64,000 bases of DNA from Eledone cirrhosa (taxonomy: Eukaryota): contig OZ024741.1 in assembly GCA_964016885.1 (NCBI GenBank), positions 310,124,001-310,188,000 of the forward strand. Reading direction: 5' to 3'. The notes beneath the pieces were generated by a model that was given only the letters and a program-made list of their open reading frames with translations, searched no databases and had not been told where the DNA came from. Each line of letters opens with the position of its first letter. Position 1 is the stretch's first letter. Both the position numbers and the translations under genes were made by a program. Below are positions 61,144 through 64,000 of the stretch, piece after piece.

Positions 61144-62023
61144 ATTGTAGCGACGTGGTTAGTCAGTCTAGTCACTACTTCTGATCAGATCCGAGATTAG
61201 CCCTTAGAAGGACTTTTATCGCATACGGTCTGATCAGATATGAAGATAGCCCTTAAAAGGACTGTTGTCGCATATAACCCTTAAAAGAAATGTTAAGGAT
61301 GGACAGACGAAAGCACAAGTTGAAAGGACGAAGCAAGGCGAGATGTAAATTCGATCAGCTATTTATTTTTACATGAAGCGACGATACGAGGTACAAGGCG
61401 TGTGTGAGTGACAAAGCGTGGCAGAGTAAAGGAACAACGATGCGCTAGCTGACTCTGCCAAAAGTCGACTGGTGAAGTGTTTGGAACCACTCTATTTATA
61501 CAGAAATAATCGTTTGGTGTTTAGCCGATGTGTAGGCGTTTATTCTGGTAGGTTTTAAGGATTCTTTTGTTTCACGTTGAGGTAGTTAGCTAACAGGTAG
61601 ATGGCGCTGTATATTTCACAGATGTTATTTCCGGTGGCTGTACATATATATATATGATAGAAAGAAGAGAAAAAAACGAGACCCTTAGAAACGAATAAGA
61701 GTCATCAAAGCGATCATATGCATTGCTTTAAACTGTAATGCGAAGGGATACACTAGTATTTGAGGTATAATCATTTAGGATTTTAACCCTCGGACTTTTC
61801 ACTCCCGGTTTTGAAATTTAGGGGTGACTGGGAATATTACATAATGTAGGGATTTTTTTTTCCTTTTCTATCATTTCTTATTTATGTATTTATATATTTA
61901 TTTATCTACTCTCGTGATTGATATTCCAACAAATGTTAGGGGTGTATTTTGGTTTTTTATTATGTCAGGTATAGCATCCAAAAATTTCTCCCTTCCTCCA
62001 ATATATATATATATATATACAAA

Positions 62024-62098
62024 CAGTGTCCCAAAAAATGTATACACACTTCAACAGCAAAGTAATTAAAGTGTGTATATATTTTGGAGGGGACACCG
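62024..62098. mobile_element. Tiny Tc1/mariner-type MITE (~75 bp)
   Basis: Inverted repeats cagtgtcccaaaaaatgtatacacactt / aagtgtgtatatattttggaggggacaccg within a TA-rich tract. Confidence 0.65.
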
Positions 62099-62402
62099 TG
62101 TGTATATATATATATGTGTGTGTATGTATGTGTAACTAGTAAAACTAAAAACGCAGCGGTATATTCTAATTTGGCCCTTTTAAGGGCCACCTATATTTTC
62201 ATTTAAGTAACTCCACTTACGCGTGGTAGTAATACGAAATAAACGATGTTTTGCTTTCATCGGCTGCTTCGACTGACAGCTAATAGCGTTGTAGTGCCCA
62301 TTTCATTTACCATAGCTTCGCGTCGACCAATTTTTGAGTGGAATTGGGTTGACTGTAATTCACGATGTCTATGGAAAGCTCATCTACTTGCACGTTATTT
62401 TC

Positions 62403-62847
62403 ACGAGCAGTGTCTTGACCGAACAACTGCGATACTCATCGTCGAAAGCGGATGTCCTCTCCAGTCTCTTATTTATTACACCGATAACAAAGATAGGATA
62501 ATCATGGCATGAACGCCTTTCCAGTAATACACTAGCCTTGTGCCAAAAGTAGAAACAATTATATCTGCTGAATCAGAGATAGACTAAGGATAAAATGCAC
62601 CTTAAAGAAATCTGATATTTGAAACGAGCAGTGTCTTGTTGACCGAACAACTGCGATACTCATCGTCGAAAGCGGATGTCCTCTCCAGTCTCTTATTTAT
62701 TACACCGATAACAAAGATAGGATAATCATGGCATGAACGCCTTTCCAGTAATACACTAGCCTTGTGCCAAAAGTAGAAACAATTATATCTGCTGAATCAG
62801 AGATAGACTAAGGATAAAATGCACCTTAAAGAAATCTGATATTTGAA
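62403..62847. repeat. Near-perfect tandem duplication, 221-bp unit x2
   Basis: 62403-62623 repeats from 62624 with only a 3-nt insertion visible. Confidence 0.9.
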
Positions 62848-64000
62848 CTCTCCCTCTCACACCGTTAATTATCTATACCGGTGTTATAGTCCCGTCTGTT
62901 TGGACGACACTAAAATATAAATGAATTTTAGTAGGCTTCATACCTCAAGTTTGTAGTAATGTGAAAGAAAGCAATGTGGATTTTATATTTTAATCAAAAG
63001 TATTCCTCCTCCCCCTCCCCCCCAAAAAAGAAATAAGAAACTCTTATGTATAAGCTAAAAAACCATAGGTAATTTGGAAGACATGGACTTAACAAATTCT
63101 ATTTATATCATCACATACACACACATACAAGTACATCATTATAGCTTAATGTATTTGCATCCGTTAACACTTTTACGTTATAGTTAAGTATTTGGTTGGG
63201 TTTTCAGTCCGTATTTGAAATCAGTGATAGAGCTACGAGTTATTACCCTTGTATACATCAAGTGTATTTATAGTCACAATGATATATTGATCAAATAGGT
63301 ACAGAGTAGATTGTATCATATAATTTTTACTAAACAATGGTGCCTTTGTAGGTATTGCTGTTAGTAATACTGTGTATTCAGTAATATGTTTTTCCTACGA
63401 GGGCACTGTCGACTCACATGCGGCCAAATATTTTCCGGCTGCTCTATTCGCACTCAGACATTGCTGCCCATTTCTGTCGGGGAATTTGATCGTTTCAGGT
63501 CAATGTCGTATCCACTCACTTTGTTATCAAAAATTTTAGTAAGACATAGATCGAATTTCTACTCTGTCTGCTTCTACCCCCACTTTAAAACAGCTGACGC
63601 AGCGATATCTTTATCAAGGACGTTCAGAACGACCCCTGCCATGCAGGGTTTAAAACAGTTGCTTGTAGATGTCCCTATCCCAACCAGGTTACCATGCCGT
63701 ACATACAACACAAGCTTTTGTCAACCACGGTCAATCTCAATGTCACATTGGAAACTCGGTGGCTCTTTCGGGCCCTCCTCTTCTAACACAAAACATTCTA
63801 TGTATTCTTGTTGTTTACCCAACTTAACTCACCGGATACTATACAAACCTCAGACCACCAACACACAGAGCAAAATTTTCGTATCGTCAGACACAAATCG
63901 TACAGACAAAGATCAAAGATATCGTCTCACGAAAGACTTGGTAATATAACTGTTTTTTAATGAAACTGCTTGCTATAAACATATCGTTATTTTTATTTTT

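Larger units (their letters stand above)
54677..61644 (-). mobile_element. Ty3/Gypsy LTR retrotransposon B (CsRn1 clade), young, capsid-deleted; TSD TATA in a (TA)n tract
   Basis: 499-bp LTRs (54677-55175 and 61146-61644) with TG...CA termini, ~11 differences counted by eye; tRNA-Trp PBS; PPT agggggataa; PR-RT-RH-IN. Confidence 0.95.

Noticed and set aside
63386-63949. 187-aa ORF at the window end
   Set aside because: No recognisable motif or splice context in any frame I examined; left uncalled pending a homology search.

Overview
AT-rich, microsatellite- and transposon-dense animal genomic DNA. The SINE and RTE repertoire looks like an octopus/coleoid cephalopod; this is an inference, not verified. 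The only recognisable host gene is the 3' end of WDR26 (CTLH/GID E3 ligase subunit): six spliced exons on + (58-7550), all with GT-AG boundaries and consistent phases. The rest is mobile DNA. There are two CsRn1-clade Ty3/Gypsy LTR retrotransposons on - (21461-27152 and 54677-61644) and two independent insertions of a non-coding, PBS-less LTR mini-element (40500-42322, and 55938-57525 nested in the second Gypsy). Also present: a Buster-type hAT fragment, a mariner fragment, an RTE LINE followed head-to-tail by two non-autonomous RTE derivatives, CR1-like fragments, three Penelope-like (GIY-YIG) elements with hammerhead-ribozyme motifs nearby, Helitron-type elements, tRNA-derived SINEs, and an ~11 kb composite satellite domain with a telomere-like core. 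Four observations stand out. (1) Both Gypsy elements carry tRNA-Trp-matching sequence far beyond the normal <=18-nt PBS: 32 nt near-contiguous in one, bipartite and reaching tRNA position 37 in the other. (2) The younger Gypsy has lost the Gag capsid region in frame and also the GGGAAAC frameshift cassette, giving a fused NC-PR-RT ORF. (3) The PBS-less mini-element integrated twice with clean 4-bp TSDs. (4) Several minimal hammerhead motifs occur, including a tandem pair with a compensatory stem change. All alignments and identities were made by eye.
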